NCBI RefSeq assembly: GCF_008326305.1
Contig: NZ_BIXY01000010.1
Coordinates: 51,137 to 115,136 of the forward strand
Reading direction: 5' to 3'
DNA from: Dictyobacter arantiisoli
Lineage (GTDB): Bacteria; Chloroflexota; Ktedonobacteria; Ktedonobacterales; Ktedonobacteraceae
DNA length: 64,000 nt
Position numbers and translations under genes: made by a program. This document shows, piece by piece, positions 9,351-18,700 of the stretch (position 1 is its first letter; each line of letters starts with the position of its first letter). The notes under the pieces were generated by a model. The model worked only from the letters and a program-made list of their open reading frames with translations. It did not search any database and had not been told where the DNA came from.

Positions 9351-10637
9351 ATGAGTAATCAACAAGGGTTACCCCCTAACTATTTCTATCATAAATTGCC
9401 GAATGGTATTGAGCTTATCGGTCAACGTATGCCCAGCCTGAGCTCTATTAGCTTTGGTTTCCAATTGGATGCAGCGGTTGTCCATGAGCCAGAGGAGCAG
9501 CAAGGGCTGGCTCATCTCTTTGAATATATGCTCTTCCAGGGTACAAAAACCAGGGATGCACGCGCATTGAACGAGGCGTTTGAGAGCCTGGGCGCACGCA
9601 AAGGAGCCAGCACCAGTCTGGAAACAGCGATGGTCTGGGGCCAGATTGTCAATACGAAATTCGATGCTACGCTCGATCTTTTCCGAGATATCTTGCTCAC
9701 ACCGACCTTCCCACGTGATGAGCTGGATCAGATGCGCAATCTTATCCTCCAGGAGATTCGTCGCCGTGACGATGAGCCGATGAGTAAGATCTTTGAGCTG
9801 GTACGCGCCGATTTCTATAAAGGGACAGCCCTGAGCCGTCTGGTACTGGGCACCGATGAGAGCGTACGTCAGTTAAAACAACAGGATCTCCGTAATTTCT
9901 GGCAAGCACGCTATCATCCCAATAACATCCTTTTCTCTATCGCTGGCAAATTCGAGTGGGATCAAGTGGTTGAGAAGATAGGTCATCTTTTCGGAGATTG
10001 GCAGGGGGAGGCCGCAGCATCGGCCGAGCAGACGCCCAATCCACAAACCAGCGTCTCGCTGGAGTTCCGTGAAGGCAAGCAGGAACATATTGGCCTGATG
10101 GTGCCATTTCCAAATTATAATGATCCAGACTACTATGCCGCGATGGTGATCGCGGAGGTACTGGGCGGCTCAATGGCCTCACGACTGTTTGTTGAGGTAC
10201 GTGAGAAGCGCGGTCTGGTGTATAGCGTTTCAGCCGGTCTGGCCGGAAACAAACACATCGGAGCCCTGCGCATCTACGCTGGTACCACTCCTGAGCAGGC
10301 CCATGAGTGCCTTGAAGTGATCATTAATGAGCTGCACAAATTAGAACGTGAAGGCATCACTGCCGATGAACTGGATCGCACCAAGGTTCAGTTGAAGAGC
10401 GAGCATGTGATGCACGGTGAAGGCTCAGCCTCACGTATGAGTGCCATTATCCGCTCCTGGTGGTATGAGCGCCAACTCAAAACAATTCAGGATGTCAAAG
10501 ATGGTATCGACGCCGTCACGCAGGAACAGGTATTGAGAGTGCTCAAACGTTACTCACCCGTTCAGCCTATGACAATCGCCGCCATCGGCCCCCTGTCCAA
10601 AGAAGAACTGGTAGGCACTACGCTTCCCAATTCCTAG
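9351..10637 (+). CDS. M16 (pitrilysin/insulinase) family peptidase, possibly a non-catalytic subunit
   Basis: M16 N-terminal signature GLAHLFEYMLFQGT. The inverted zinc motif reads HLFEY instead of HxxEH. RBS AAAGGAA. Confidence 0.75.
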   Translation: MSNQQGLPPNYFYHKLPNGIELIGQRMPSLSSISFGFQLDAAVVHEPEEQQGLAHLFEYMLFQGTKTRDARALNEAFESLGARKGASTSLETAMVWGQIVNTKFDATLDLFRDILLTPTFPRDELDQMRNLILQEIRRRDDEPMSKIFELVRADFYKGTALSRLVLGTDESVRQLKQQDLRNFWQARYHPNNILFSIAGKFEWDQVVEKIGHLFGDWQGEAAASAEQTPNPQTSVSLEFREGKQEHIGLMVPFPNYNDPDYYAAMVIAEVLGGSMASRLFVEVREKRGLVYSVSAGLAGNKHIGALRIYAGTTPEQAHECLEVIINELHKLEREGITADELDRTKVQLKSEHVMHGEGSASRMSAIIRSWWYERQLKTIQDVKDGIDAVTQEQVLRVLKRYSPVQPMTIAAIGPLSKEELVGTTLPNS

Positions 10638-10651
10638 CCTATCTTCAGCAT

Positions 10652-10708
10652 AAAAAGAAATGCGGCTGCTCCTTTTCATATATGAAAAGGACTGCCGCAT
10701 TTCTTTTT
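10652..10708 (+). terminator. Intrinsic terminator hairpin after the M16 gene
   Basis: aaaaagaaatgcggctgctcctttt ... aaaaggactgccgcatttcttttt. Confidence 0.6.
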
Positions 10709-10774
10709 CGCCTATTTATAATTACCACATCCATTGATTGGTACAATGAATATATTTAATCAGGAGAGCATCAA

Positions 10775-11062
10775 ATGAGCACAAGCAAAGATATCTTTAA
10801 GGATCAACAACCACATTGGGAAAGCATCTCAGGAATATTGGCCTTTCTGTGCAAATCTATCCATGATCCTCTCTATGGTCAGGGTGAGGAAATTGAACAG
10901 GACATGTTTATTAGAGACGGTCATGTCAGGCATTTTTTTAGCGAAGACTATGCAAAAGCTTGCTTAGGAAATAACTTCACAATAGAAACGCTCCAGAGTG
11001 GAACAGCAAAGTTCTATAGTCAACAGTCTGAATTTGTAAAAGTCATTGCACGAAAAATATAG
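10775..11062 (+). CDS. Hypothetical small protein (95 aa)
   Basis: ORF with good RBS (AGGAGAG 7 nt upstream). No recognisable motif. Confidence 0.4.
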   Translation: MSTSKDIFKDQQPHWESISGILAFLCKSIHDPLYGQGEEIEQDMFIRDGHVRHFFSEDYAKACLGNNFTIETLQSGTAKFYSQQSEFVKVIARKI

Positions 11063-11161
11063 AGCTTCGATCCTCTCACTCTCTTGTTACAATTGTGGAC
11101 TTACTAATCCCCCTCAAGTGGACATAGCGAGAACTTGCTTCATTCTAGAGATAGCTGTACT

Positions 11162-12625
11162 TCAGTCTCCTGACGCGAGAAAGCGTGCGTAACGCCTGGT
11201 ATAGAGCTCCCTCAATTGTGTATCAGGCAAGATGCGGCTCACTGGTCTGGGGGCCAGAGTATTCAAGGAGGCGATATCGGGCCAGGTTCCATTCGCCAGA
11301 CCGCCCAGTAGCGCCGCGCCTCGCGCGGATGCATCTGGAGCCTCAAGCAGAATGAGTTCACGTTGCAGGATGGTTGCCAGCATTTTTTGCCAGGCGGGAT
11401 GCTGTCCACCTCCTCCAGCTAAACGTAGCGGGATTGTCTGATCCGAACCAGGCAGAGCCGTTAGTGCCTCACGTATCCCAAAAGCGACGCCTTCGAGAGC
11501 CGCGTGTAAGAGGTGCACCCGCTGCTGATCAATACGCAGATGCAACCACGCTGCCTGACTGTGAGGATTAGCATGATGGGGGCGTTCGCGTGTGACATAG
11601 GGAAGGAAGAAGCCATGTTCCAGATCAGGAACGATCTGCTCGGCACTGGCATAGAGTTCATCCCAGCTCGCATGCAGGACGCGACAGACCCAATCCAGTG
11701 CCAGTCCAGCATTTTGTACTGCCGCCATGGCATACCAGTGAGAGCCATCCGCCGCACGATAGAGATGGGTGAGCAGGTTTGGATCAGACTGTGGCTGCTC
11801 ACAGATCTTGATAAGCTGTGCACCGGTGCCGATGGTCAGTTGCATCGTACCAGGAGTCAACAGTCCTGTCCCCAGGGCGGCAGCGGCGGTATCAGCCGCA
11901 CCGGCGGCAACGGGCAAGCCAACGGGTAAATCCAATTCACGCGCGGCCCGGGTGGTCAATGTACCAGCCGAAGCTGAGGATGCCATCAGAGTGGGAAAGA
12001 GCTCTCTGCGTAGTTCTAACGCCTCAATCACATCATGCGCCCAATTATCGGCGGGAAGATCATACAGCAAGGTGCCAGAAGCATCGCTGGCTTCAGTTAT
12101 GATCTTGCCAGTCAGCCGCAAACGTATCCAATCCTTGGGCTGCAGCGCCCAGCGGGCCTGCTGATAAGAGGCAGTCTCATGTAATGCTAACCAGCGCAAC
12201 AAGGGACCGGCCATACCGGGAACCAGAGGATTCGCCAGACGTTGCAGGGTCGCGGCTGGCAATTGTCGATAGAGATCCAGTTCCGCTGTCGCACGCGTAT
12301 CGGACCATAAAAGCGCCGGGCGTACTACTTGCTCATTCGCCGTTACCAGCACCACCCCATGCATTTGTCCAGAAAGACCCAGTGCAACGATCTGCGTCTG
12401 CGGAACCTGAGCCTGCACAGCATGGACCGCCGTCACCGTCCCTCGCCACCAGTCCTCAGGATCGCTTTCAGACCAGCCTGGTCGAGGCGATGCAACTGGA
12501 TACGCAGCTTTACTCACAGCCAGCGTATGTCCTTGCAGGTCCAGCAGTAAGGCTTTCACCGAACTTGTCCCTATATCGATGCCCAACATGGCACCGCCAG
12601 ATCCCTGTATCTTCATGCTACCCAT
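11162..12625 (-). CDS. FGGY-family carbohydrate kinase (xylulokinase-like)
   Basis: N-terminal MLGIDIGTSSVKALLLD actin-fold sugar kinase signature. About 475 aa. The true start is probably at the internal Met, near 12589. Confidence 0.8.
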   Translation of the reverse strand: MGSMKIQGSGGAMLGIDIGTSSVKALLLDLQGHTLAVSKAAYPVASPRPGWSESDPEDWWRGTVTAVHAVQAQVPQTQIVALGLSGQMHGVVLVTANEQVVRPALLWSDTRATAELDLYRQLPAATLQRLANPLVPGMAGPLLRWLALHETASYQQARWALQPKDWIRLRLTGKIITEASDASGTLLYDLPADNWAHDVIEALELRRELFPTLMASSASAGTLTTRAARELDLPVGLPVAAGAADTAAAALGTGLLTPGTMQLTIGTGAQLIKICEQPQSDPNLLTHLYRAADGSHWYAMAAVQNAGLALDWVCRVLHASWDELYASAEQIVPDLEHGFFLPYVTRERPHHANPHSQAAWLHLRIDQQRVHLLHAALEGVAFGIREALTALPGSDQTIPLRLAGGGGQHPAWQKMLATILQRELILLEAPDASARGAALLGGLANGTWPDIASLNTLAPRPVSRILPDTQLRELYTRRYARFLASGD

Positions 12626-13086
12626 GCCTTTCTAGAATCCACCTGAATCCATGTCTAGAATTCCTATACTCCCACAATAAACTATATTCATTTTGTGAGT
12701 GTAATGATATACTCTACCATACAACAAAAGGCTATGATTATGCTCATCTAATCTTAGTTCTCCCATATGAAAAATCAAAATGACGCAAAATTCATAGAGA
12801 AATCACCTCGTTATTTAACGCAGATGCTATACAATAGAAGCAATAGTTATTGCATAGTGGGCACGGGAACAGCCTCCGAAAAGGGTTCAGATAAAACACA
12901 TAGAAACCGGCCTGCGTCCAATCGCTGACAACGAAGAGCAACCGGGAATGTATGGCAAAACAATATACTGTACTCAACCACTTTTCGTACGTATAAGAGA
13001 TAGTAGATAGATGATCATTGTAACCATGGTCCGTCAATGCAGACGATAATACTAGAAAAGGCAACGAAGCAAAGGAGCAAACAAGT

Positions 13087-14484
13087 ATGGCAGATAAACG
13101 GGGAGACCACACCCTCTACGAACAGGTCATGGCTACCATTAAAAGCGAACGAATCAATTTCGTTAATCTGGAATTCACCGATGTTGTCGGCGTGGCAAAG
13201 TGTGTCACGATTCCAGCGGAACAGTTTGCAGATTGTGTGCGGCACGGCAAATGGTTTGATGGGTCCGCACTTGAGAATATTGCCCGGGTGGCCGAAAGCG
13301 ATATGTACCTGTATCCAGATCTCGCTACCTTTTCCATTCTACCGGGTCACGTACGCCCCCCATCAGGTACACGAAAAAATGACATTCATAATGATGGTGA
13401 TAATGTTATAGCCCGTGTTATTTGCGATGTACGCGAACCAGACGGCGAACGCTTCGAGGGTGATCCACGTGCTGCCTTATTCCATGTTCTGGAACTGGCA
13501 AAGGAGATGGGCTTCAAATACCAGGTCGCTCCTGAACTCGAATTCTTCCTACTGCGTTTTGATGACAAAAAACCCATGCCCCTGCAGGATGATCCAGGCA
13601 GCTATTTTGATCTTTCTACACAAACGACAATCAATATTCGCAGTGAAATGGTCCATGCTCTGCAAAGTATGGGGATGAAGATCGAGGGGAGCCATCACGA
13701 AGTCGCCTCTGGCCAGCATGAGATTGATTTTGATACCGGCGATGCGCTCCGCATGGCGGACAATCTATTGACGGCTAAATATGTTATCAAGGCCATTGCG
13801 GCCCAGCATCAACTTTACGCCACCTTCCTGCCTAAACCCTTTTATCGCATCAATGGATCAGGATTACATATCCATCAACAGCTGCTGCATCGTGACACCG
13901 GCCAGAACGCCTTTATCGATGACCATAGTGAATACGGCCTGTCGGAAATTGGACGCGGTTTTATTGCAGGACAACTGGCACATGCGCGTTCAATGTGTGC
14001 CATCCTTGCCCCACTGGTCAACTCCTACAAACGTCTGGTACGTGGCTATGAAGCTCCAGTCTTCATTAACTGGGGACGCGTCAATCGGCAAGCACTGATC
14101 CGGGTACCTCGTCCAGGGACCGATCCGCAAGCATCCATGCGCATCGAATTGCGCTGTACTGATCCCAGTTGTAATCCTCATCTCGCTCTGGCAGTGATGC
14201 TACGCGCAGGACTGGACGGCATCCAGCGCAAGTTAACGCTGCCGCCAGCCATGGATGAGACAATCTTCCTGCAAGATGATAGCGAACGCCTGCGCCCGCG
14301 CTCCCGTCTCTTACCAGCTACCCTGGGTGAGGCACTGGATAGTATGCGCGAAGATAGTCTGATCCGCGATGTATTGGGTGATACGATCTACGAAGGCTTC
14401 ATGGATGCCAAAAGCATTGAATGGACCGAATATCGCCAGCAAGTCCATCAATGGGAAATTGAGCGTTATCTGGCTCAGTTCTAA
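13087..14484 (+). CDS. Glutamine synthetase family protein (GS-I-like; could be a gamma-glutamyl-polyamine synthetase paralogue)
   Basis: 465 aa. N-terminal beta-grasp INFVNLEFTDVVGVAKCVTIP plus catalytic domain. Strong RBS AAAGGAG. Confidence 0.7.
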   Translation: MADKRGDHTLYEQVMATIKSERINFVNLEFTDVVGVAKCVTIPAEQFADCVRHGKWFDGSALENIARVAESDMYLYPDLATFSILPGHVRPPSGTRKNDIHNDGDNVIARVICDVREPDGERFEGDPRAALFHVLELAKEMGFKYQVAPELEFFLLRFDDKKPMPLQDDPGSYFDLSTQTTINIRSEMVHALQSMGMKIEGSHHEVASGQHEIDFDTGDALRMADNLLTAKYVIKAIAAQHQLYATFLPKPFYRINGSGLHIHQQLLHRDTGQNAFIDDHSEYGLSEIGRGFIAGQLAHARSMCAILAPLVNSYKRLVRGYEAPVFINWGRVNRQALIRVPRPGTDPQASMRIELRCTDPSCNPHLALAVMLRAGLDGIQRKLTLPPAMDETIFLQDDSERLRPRSRLLPATLGEALDSMREDSLIRDVLGDTIYEGFMDAKSIEWTEYRQQVHQWEIERYLAQF

Positions 14485-14509
14485 ACCCAGTTTTAACTGT
14501 GCTGAGAGG

Positions 14510-15649
14510 CTACAGCGGTTGGGCCGCAGGGACGCGCCCAACCGCTGTAGCCCTATCCATAGCCAGTGTATACACTTGCTCATGGGCATCCAGCATACGT
14601 TTGAGTGAAAAATTAGCTACGACATGGGCTCGACAGGCGCTCCGCTCGATAGTTGCCAACCGGGCTACGGCGGCGGCGGCCTGTGCGCAGTCCCCAGCGG
14701 GAATCAAAAATCCCGTCTGCTGATCGCGGATAACCTCGGTCACGGCTCCACGCTGGAAGGCGATCACGGGCGTGCCTGCAGCCATGGCTTCAACGGGCGT
14801 CAGGCCAAAGGGTTCGTCCCAGGCAATCGGAAAAAGTAAGCCTTGCGCCTGCCCCATCAGTTGCCAGAGCGTTGGATGGTCAAGCTGACCAAGATAGTGA
14901 ATGCGCCCCTGCCCGACTTCCAGGCGTGGGACAATGCGTTCGCTATAATAAGACTGATCATAAATGCCGCCAGCCAGCAATAGTTGACGCCCGGCCTGCT
15001 CGGCGATCTCAATCGCCTCCTCGACTCCTTTCTCTGGCGTGATCCGGCCAGCGAATAGGAGCGGAGCATCGTCGGCTACCTGTAGCACAAAGGGAATGGC
15101 ATCCAGATCCAGGCCATTGTAGATGATATGATCGAAGGTGGTATAGGATGCATAATCGCGTGCGCAGGCTTGCGAGACGGTGATCAAGGTGAATGGATGT
15201 TGCTGACGCTGTAGAATCCCTAGGACTGCATTAATCTCTGGCGAGACGGCTGGCAGATGAATGGTATGCAGTACCGGAAGCGTGGTGAGCAGGGCACTGG
15301 CAGTAAAGCAGGGCCAGTCAAAGGCGTGAGCATGCAGGATATCAAATTCACTGGCACGCTGGCGCAGCTGTAAAAAGAGCTCAAAAAAGACATTCGCCTG
15401 GATCATAAATCCTGGATCAGCGGATTGGGCGGTACCGGGCTCGGAGAAGCGTGAGGGAATCACGCTGTCAGGTACTACAACCGGCTCGATCTTAACGCCA
15501 GGAATAGATGAACCTTCGCGTGCAAACAATGTCACCTCATGACCACGTTGAACCATACCCAGAGCCAGATCAGCCACTAACGCCTGTGAACCTCCCACAA
15601 ATGGTTGCGCTATCGGAGTCACCAGTGGAGCAACCAGCGCGATCCTCAT
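14510..15649 (-). CDS. GT-B glycosyltransferase, family 4-like; candidate pteridine glycosyltransferase
   Basis: N-terminus MRIALVAPLVTPIAQPFVGGSQ...RGHEVTLFA, C-terminal EPFGLTPVEAMAAGTPVIA motif. Start overlaps the upstream PTPS stop by ATGA. Confidence 0.8.
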   Translation of the reverse strand: MRIALVAPLVTPIAQPFVGGSQALVADLALGMVQRGHEVTLFAREGSSIPGVKIEPVVVPDSVIPSRFSEPGTAQSADPGFMIQANVFFELFLQLRQRASEFDILHAHAFDWPCFTASALLTTLPVLHTIHLPAVSPEINAVLGILQRQQHPFTLITVSQACARDYASYTTFDHIIYNGLDLDAIPFVLQVADDAPLLFAGRITPEKGVEEAIEIAEQAGRQLLLAGGIYDQSYYSERIVPRLEVGQGRIHYLGQLDHPTLWQLMGQAQGLLFPIAWDEPFGLTPVEAMAAGTPVIAFQRGAVTEVIRDQQTGFLIPAGDCAQAAAAVARLATIERSACRAHVVANFSLKRMLDAHEQVYTLAMDRATAVGRVPAAQPL

Positions 15650-16083
15650 ACCTGACCTGCTTTCGACACGCTCTCACGATCTCCATGGTAGGTTGCAATA
15701 TTATTCTCTGTCTCATGCAACTTTACCTCATATAATAATCCTTCCGGAAAACCGCGCTCCAGGCGCTCCCAGAACTTGATTGCCAGCATCTCCGCAGTCG
15801 GGATCACCCCTTCCAACCAGGGAACATCGTAGTTGAGATGCTTATGATCCACCCAATTAACAACCTGCTCATTGGTAATCCGCTTTAAATCGGTTAAATT
15901 GATGACCATACCCGTATGCTCATTGGGCTCCCCACATACCGTCACCTCCAGGACATAGTTATGACCGTGACCATTGCCATTGGCACATTTATCATAGATG
16001 CGATAATTTTCTTCTTCAGTCAGATGATTGCTCCATAGACGATGTGCCGCACTAAAGGTGACACGCCGGGTCAGATAGACCAT
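15646..16083 (-). CDS. 6-pyruvoyl-tetrahydropterin synthase family (PTPS/QueD)
   Basis: 145 aa from the internal Met (MVYLTRRVTFSAAHRL...CANGNGHGHNY). The ORF-track extension up to 16347 runs into a repeat element and is not credible. Confidence 0.8.
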   Translation of the reverse strand: MVYLTRRVTFSAAHRLWSNHLTEEENYRIYDKCANGNGHGHNYVLEVTVCGEPNEHTGMVINLTDLKRITNEQVVNWVDHKHLNYDVPWLEGVIPTAEMLAIKFWERLERGFPEGLLYEVKLHETENNIATYHGDRESVSKAGQV

Positions 16084-16126
16084 GATCCTATCTCCTCTAT
16101 CATAATCGTAATAGTAAGCGTAGCAA

Positions 16127-16404
16127 CCACCCTTCACGGGCAATACCGCTTCAACAAGAGGAATCTCGACGAATACGGTAGGTGCGTGCCGAGGTCGCAA
16201 CCAAGGTGCGCTTGCCCATTCATCGTACGAGCATCCCGCCCATAGGCCATTCCTACCCCGACACCCATGCCGGAGAACAGTGCAGAGCGTTGGGGTGAGA
16301 GAGTCGTACGCGCAAGGGAGCATTGACCTGCGCTGCGCTCCGTGCAATGCCTACGTTTTGTTCATAATGCTCCGTATTGAAGCGGTATTGCCCGTGAAGG
16401 GTGG
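16127..16404 (+). mobile_element. Full-length MITE-like element (~278 bp) with 28-bp perfect terminal inverted repeats
   Basis: TIR-L ccacccttcacgggcaataccgcttcaa at 16127, TIR-R ttgaagcggtattgcccgtgaagggtgg at 16377. The internal core tgtaggtgcgtgccgaggtcgcaacc...cctacgtttt is shared with copies at 20647 and 57752. Confidence 0.7.
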
Positions 16405-16433
16405 TTACTACGATCTACGATCCTTTCTTTTCG

Positions 16434-17141
16434 CTAGGCGTTAGTGAACAGCTCGATGTTGCTGCCGCTGAACATGCTTCCAGAGTCATCGGCCAGGAAG
16501 CGGATAATTTCGGCTAACTGTTCAGGGGACATGGCTGCATTCAGATGCGGGGCCGCTTGCCGCAACATCTCGGTATCAATAGCACCGGGACTGACTGCCG
16601 TGACACGAATGTTATAAGGTTTGCCTTCGACAGCCAATATTTCAGTCAAGCCTGCTACACCTGATTTTGAGACGTTATAGGCACTCATTCCGGGGAATTT
16701 CTCTACTCCTTTGACGCCTGAAAGCGAGGAAATATTGATGATTACTCCCTGCTTCTGTTCCATCATCAGCCGGAACGCGGCATGGCAGCAGAGAAAGGTA
16801 CCACGCAGATTGATCCCCATCACTTGATCCCAGGTTGCGATATCCATATCGGCAAATGGCTTTACCGCTACAATAGCAGCACAATTCACCAGAATATCCA
16901 CGCGACCATGCGTCTCTTTGACACGCTGAAAAAGCGCCTCGACATCTGCTTCACGTGCAACATCACCAGCCATGGCGAGGACACTTCCAGCCGATGGCGC
17001 AATGTCAGCCACCAGCTCATCTAACTGGGATTGGGTGCGGCTGAAGAGCACAAGTTGTGCTCCAGCTTGCGCGAATAAGCGGGCTGTAGCGCGGCCTACG
17101 CCGCGACCAGCACCAGTAATAATTGCTACTTTATTTTTCAT
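16434..17141 (-). CDS. Short-chain dehydrogenase/reductase (classical SDR); candidate sepiapterin-reductase-like
   Basis: MKNKVAIITGAGRGVGRA Rossmann motif, YNVSK catalytic dyad. The start is set at the internal Met at 17141. Confidence 0.8.
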   Translation of the reverse strand: MKNKVAIITGAGRGVGRATARLFAQAGAQLVLFSRTQSQLDELVADIAPSAGSVLAMAGDVAREADVEALFQRVKETHGRVDILVNCAAIVAVKPFADMDIATWDQVMGINLRGTFLCCHAAFRLMMEQKQGVIINISSLSGVKGVEKFPGMSAYNVSKSGVAGLTEILAVEGKPYNIRVTAVSPGAIDTEMLRQAAPHLNAAMSPEQLAEIIRFLADDSGSMFSGSNIELFTNA

Positions 17142-17437
17142 GCTTGAATTATAACAGGCAACGAGCCGCAACGTGATTGCATACAACCATCTATCTACCC
17201 TGTATCCAGAGGCGGTATGGCTATGGAGAGCAAACGTCAATCTGACCTGCTCACCCGCTTAAAATACGAAATTAAAACCTTCTTGCGCATTTACTTATTC
17301 AGCTTGTTGAATTACCTATAGCTCTGATATAATGCAATGCACAGGCCTTGATAGTAAGAACACTGAATGCTAAGATTATCTTCCACATCACCGATACATA
17401 TTGTATCTAACTGACCAAGCTGGCTCATGGGGGGAGT

Positions 17438-18700
17438 ATGAATACTAACACCGTCTTGTCCGGTAATCTAAGGGATTTTGGCCTCATAGAGATTTTACAG
17501 ATGGTAGAGCTCGGAGGCATGACGGGAGCGATTCATCTCAAGCAGAATACCGGCCGCATGGGCATCCTCTATTTCAATGAAGGCCTCTTAGCCAACGCAA
17601 CTGAACTTGATCCAGGTGCTCTGGCCCTCGGCGACGTATTACAACAACTGGGAATGACAACGTACCAGCATATTGAAGAGGCATATGCCCAACAATTACA
17701 GGACCCATTGGGCAAGCGCATCGGTGAACGTCTGGTAATGATGAATGTGATTACAGAACAGCAGTTGCATGAAGCTCTACGCATCAAGACGTTATGGACG
17801 GCACGCGAAATTTCGCTCTGGAACGATGGTCACTATGAGTTTATCGCCAGTTCTAGTGTCCAAAAATTATTACCCTATGGCGAGGCTTCACTGGATATTG
17901 AAGTGGTGCGCGCCACGATGGAGATGGTCCGTTACAGCGATGAGTGGCAGGAATTAAGCCACATTCTTCCCCATGGCATGCGCACGATGCTACAGCTGGC
18001 ACCGACAATTTCCAGTGCCATGCGCTTCGATATCCGCAGCCTGGAACTCTTTACGCATGTCAACCTCTATCGCCGCGTGCGCCGGATCGCCAGCGCCTTG
18101 CGCCGCCCGGAATTGGATGTTGCACGCGAACTTGGTCAATTAACCAAACAACACTTCCTGTTGCCTCTCTATCAAGAAGCCCCACATCTCAACGGTCGCA
18201 AAGTACGCCTGCCTGGTCCAGCAGAAAAGCTACGCATGGAAAACTTTGAGTTATTGAATCTGATCAGTCGCATGGAACAGGCCTGGGAAACCAAAAACAC
18301 GCCTACCGAACAACTTTCCGCACTGGTGATGTTTATTAACTGGACCATGGATGCACTCTCCGAAACCTGCCGCACCAATGGTATAGATCTCGATGTCAAT
18401 ACATTACAGACACTTATGCGCAATGAAAATCTCTGGCATATGGGTAGTTATGAATTTCGAGTTGACCATAACCATATCGACATTGAGAACTTCGCAGCCT
18501 TATGTTATGAAATTCTCAATGGCGATATTAAAAAAGCCGCAGGCTTCTATGATGAAGCCTCTATGGTGCTCCAACGCTTGCTTAGTTGTATCTTTGAAAT
18601 GATCAATGGGCGTGTGGCGAATCCCCGAGAACGCATCGAAAACCAGGAGGTCTGGGAGGCGATGTTCGAGCAGTTCGCCTTACAACGTGGTGATGATTAG
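17438..18700 (+). CDS. DUF4388 (PATAN-like) domain protein
   Basis: N-terminal LRDFGLIEILQMVELGGMTGAIHL motif typical of DUF4388. The rest is of unknown function. Confidence 0.55.
   Translation: MNTNTVLSGNLRDFGLIEILQMVELGGMTGAIHLKQNTGRMGILYFNEGLLANATELDPGALALGDVLQQLGMTTYQHIEEAYAQQLQDPLGKRIGERLVMMNVITEQQLHEALRIKTLWTAREISLWNDGHYEFIASSSVQKLLPYGEASLDIEVVRATMEMVRYSDEWQELSHILPHGMRTMLQLAPTISSAMRFDIRSLELFTHVNLYRRVRRIASALRRPELDVARELGQLTKQHFLLPLYQEAPHLNGRKVRLPGPAEKLRMENFELLNLISRMEQAWETKNTPTEQLSALVMFINWTMDALSETCRTNGIDLDVNTLQTLMRNENLWHMGSYEFRVDHNHIDIENFAALCYEILNGDIKKAAGFYDEASMVLQRLLSCIFEMINGRVANPRERIENQEVWEAMFEQFALQRGDD

Noticed and set aside
12184-12783. 199-aa ORF on the plus strand overlapping the start of the FGGY kinase gene
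   Set aside because: It is mostly antisense to the kinase N-terminus and its compositional bias is typical of a non-coding frame. The AT-rich downstream part is the kinase/GS intergenic region.
12850-12880. Sigma54-type promoter (TGGGCACGGGAACAGCC) about 215 nt upstream of the glutamine synthetase-like gene
   Set aside because: The GG-N10-GC spacing fits, but the -12 region reads CAGC rather than TTGC, and I cannot tell whether this organism encodes RpoN. Too weak to call.
15646-16347. The ORF-track version of the PTPS gene extending to 16347 (233 aa)
   Set aside because: The N-terminal 88 codons run through the MITE-like repeat and have no homology-like features. The internal Met at 16083 begins the conserved PTPS sequence.
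16178-16359. The MITE core as a tRNA-derived or SINE-like element (ggtcgcaaccgagg resembles a T-arm)
   Set aside because: No acceptor or anticodon stem can be drawn and the similarity is limited to about 12 nt.
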